DNA of 64,000 bases from Podarcis bocagei (taxonomy: Eukaryota). Within the stretch, counting starts at the first letter, position 1; each line of letters opens with the position of its first letter. The stretch is taken from assembly GCA_964188305.1 (NCBI GenBank), contig OZ076886.1. One strand, given 5' to 3'. This document shows, one piece after another, positions 61,707 through 64,000 of this stretch. The notes under the pieces were generated by a model. That model was not told the DNA's origin. It ran no database searches and saw only the letters and a program-made list of their open reading frames with translations. A program made the translations under genes and the position numbers.

Positions 61707-62835
61707 AATTGATTTTGGCTTGATTTTAGGCGTGCAAAACTGCTAATTCTCAGCAGTGCAGATTAGTTCTCTTCTTCGTTCTTATTCAGTGACAGGATAT
61801 TGGGTTAAAGCTGGCAGATCTGGGTTTTTCAGCCTTGAACTGCCTGAGTAGATTATTATTCTCAGTTTCCTATAAGTAAAATGGGAACATTAATTTCCTG
61901 TTTACTGCATACATATTTTTACATCCATGCAAGCAGCATCAGTGTACATAAGCCCAGCCCCCAAAGGTTCTACCCTACAGAACTCTCAGTTTGACAACAG
62001 GGAGATAACAGAAGGAGGGACGGTTTGGGAAAGGCAATGCAATGTTGTGATTAGAGATCTAGTGAACTTGATCCAGCCACTCAGACTAATCTGTTGTTTT
62101 AGATATAAAATGGGGTAGTGGGGAGAGTTCCTTAGAGCAAATGCCTTACGTAAATGTGAAGAAATCCACTTATAGGTCTACTTAGACTTTCTGTGGTTGG
62201 GAATGAAGACGCCAACCATAGGAATGTCAGAAGGGCACAGGCAATGAAGACTGCACAACTCACTGTATATAGGAGTCACACAACAGCCATAACAAACAGT
62301 TTATTTTAAAAGCTTCCTAAATAATATTGACAGGTATTTTTTTAAAAAACCAACCCCCTCCTACTGAATATCCATATAAGTGTTCTGAACAGGTGCATGT
62401 CACAACAGGCTAGGTTTTAAAGTTAGTAAATATGAATTCCCAAGTTCAGTTTAAATTTATAGCCATTGAAAAAGAAGTTTTTTTTTTCTGAGGCAGCACC
62501 TTATTACTGCCCCAAGTGCTTAGATAAGCTGCTGCTTTGCTTATGCTCCACCAGCAGTTGAAGACTTTTCCTTAAATTATTGTATGCTTTTCTCTGAGTC
62601 TCTGGATTATTTTTGCTGCTTCTAGTATGATTATGTGTTTTTTATAATTTTAAATTGGATTTTAATCATTTTAAAATTAAAAGTGTATGACTTCCCCATA
62701 AGAATTCTGAGAACTGTTGTTTTTGCTGGGAATTGTAGCTCTGTGAGTGATAAACTACAGTTCCCAGTATTATTTGGGGGAAGTCACATACTTTGAATGT
62801 ATGGTGTGTAAGCAGCCTTAGCTCTGTTTAGAGAT

Positions 62836-63121
62836 ACACTGAGGTCCAGCGCCGAGGGCCTTCTGGCGGTTCCCTCATTGCGAGAAGCAAAGCTACAGGG
62901 ATCCAGGCAGAGGGCCTTCTCGGTAGTGGCACCCGCCCTGTGGAACGCCCTCCCTTCAGATGTCAAAGCGATCAACAATTACCTGACATTCAGAAGACAT
63001 CTTAAGGCAGCCCTGTTCAGGGAAGTTTTTAATGTGTGGTTTTAGTGTATTTTTGGGTTCTATGGAAGCCGCCCAGAGTGGCTGGGGAAACCCAGACAGA
63101 TGGGCAGGGTACAAATAATAA

Positions 63122-63165
<44 letters not shown>
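62836..63165 (+). mobile_element. L2 LINE 3' end with (TTA)n tail
   Basis: AGGGCCTTCTCGGTAGTGGCACCCGCCCTGTGGAACGCCCTCCC (RAFSVVAPALWNALP); GGAAGCCGCCCAGAGTGGCTG; (TTA)n tail 63123-63165. Confidence 0.9.
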
Positions 63166-63167
<2 letters not shown>

Positions 63168-64000
63168 GCTTGGGTTTCCCTCTTCACATCCTCAGGTGAT
63201 CAAAATAATAGGAATTCTGCTTTTTCTATAGCAGCATCTTCATAAAGACCAAATGTCTGTAATATGCCATCAGAACTCATATTTCTTTGTGAGTTTTTGC
63301 ATCACAAAGGCTGCAATCCTAGACCCAGATACTGGTAGTAATCCTCATTGAACTCAGTAGGGCTGACTTCTGAGTAGACATGTTTAGAATTGTGCTGTAA
63401 TCCCCTGAAAGATGTAAGGGGTGGGTAGGTCGCAAGAAACTCTGATTTCTTCTATGTTAGCTCCTGCACTCAGTAGACTATATTCCTTCCCAGACCACCC
63501 CAACATTGCAGCAGCAAGAGAATGGAAAGCCTAGGTGTGTACTTCTTGACACTGTGGTGCAGGAGACACGCATAAGAGCCGTAAAATTAAATTGTCATTA
63601 AATTAAAAACAGACTGCATATGCATTGAGCTAACGCCAGAGCCTGAAGATCTGCAAGCCAGATCCCATAGGAAACTAAATATGCCTCGGTATAATTAGCG
63701 ATTACTGCTTTGTGAATCTATAATAGATTATGTGGCCATACATGATTTATGCAGCACGGAGAAGAGCTTTGTATGCAGCTGTGATGTGACGTCGGTGTCT
63801 CTTTATGTGCCTCCATTGCGAGTGCAGGGGCTTAATGAGGAGGTTGTTCATATCCTGGCTGTGCTCGCGATTCTGCCGTTTTAGGTGTACTGTATACATA
63901 GCCACATGCTCATTAATATGCCATTCAAACAAAACACAAAGCCCTTCAAGCTGGAGGAAGAAGGTCTCCTAGACAAGCAAACCCAAGCTGCCTAGCATTA

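Noticed and set aside
59558-61712. Many 60-160-aa Ala/Arg/Pro-rich ORFs on both strands
   Set aside because: Stop-poor GC-rich palindromic MITE interior

Overview
Vertebrate genomic DNA, almost certainly from a squamate and most likely a lacertid lizard (five Sauria/Squam1-type SINEs with (ACCTTT)n tails, plus CORE- and CR1-tailed tRNA SINEs). I found no intact, recognisable protein-coding gene; most ORF-track entries are artefacts of microsatellites or GC-rich MITEs. The window is repeat-rich: hAT, Tigger/pogo, Tc2-like and Harbinger-like MITEs, many with readable TSDs; a deleted Tc1 DD34E transposon; a Penelope-like (Neptune-type) RT/GIY-YIG remnant and two short derivatives (the remnant and the longer derivative retain minimal hammerhead-ribozyme motifs); a 5'-truncated Ngaro-type tyrosine-recombinase retroelement with an SGNH hydrolase ORF; L2/L1/CR1 ends; solo LTRs; and a retroposed U6 fragment. 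A degraded, intronless MROH-like coding remnant lies at about 43.2-44.3 kb. Best leads: (1) a tandemly duplicated minus-strand TATA/Inr promoter with a SoxE-type dimer site and a positionally conserved ~100-nt first exon, whose gene I could not identify; (2) a ~1.6-kb inversion, reconstructed from two independently split elements, with a 40-bp templated insertion at one breakpoint; (3) hammerhead motifs in a palindromic Penelope derivative; (4) a splice acceptor immediately before the Ngaro SGNH ORF. All family names come from motif recognition by eye, not database searches.
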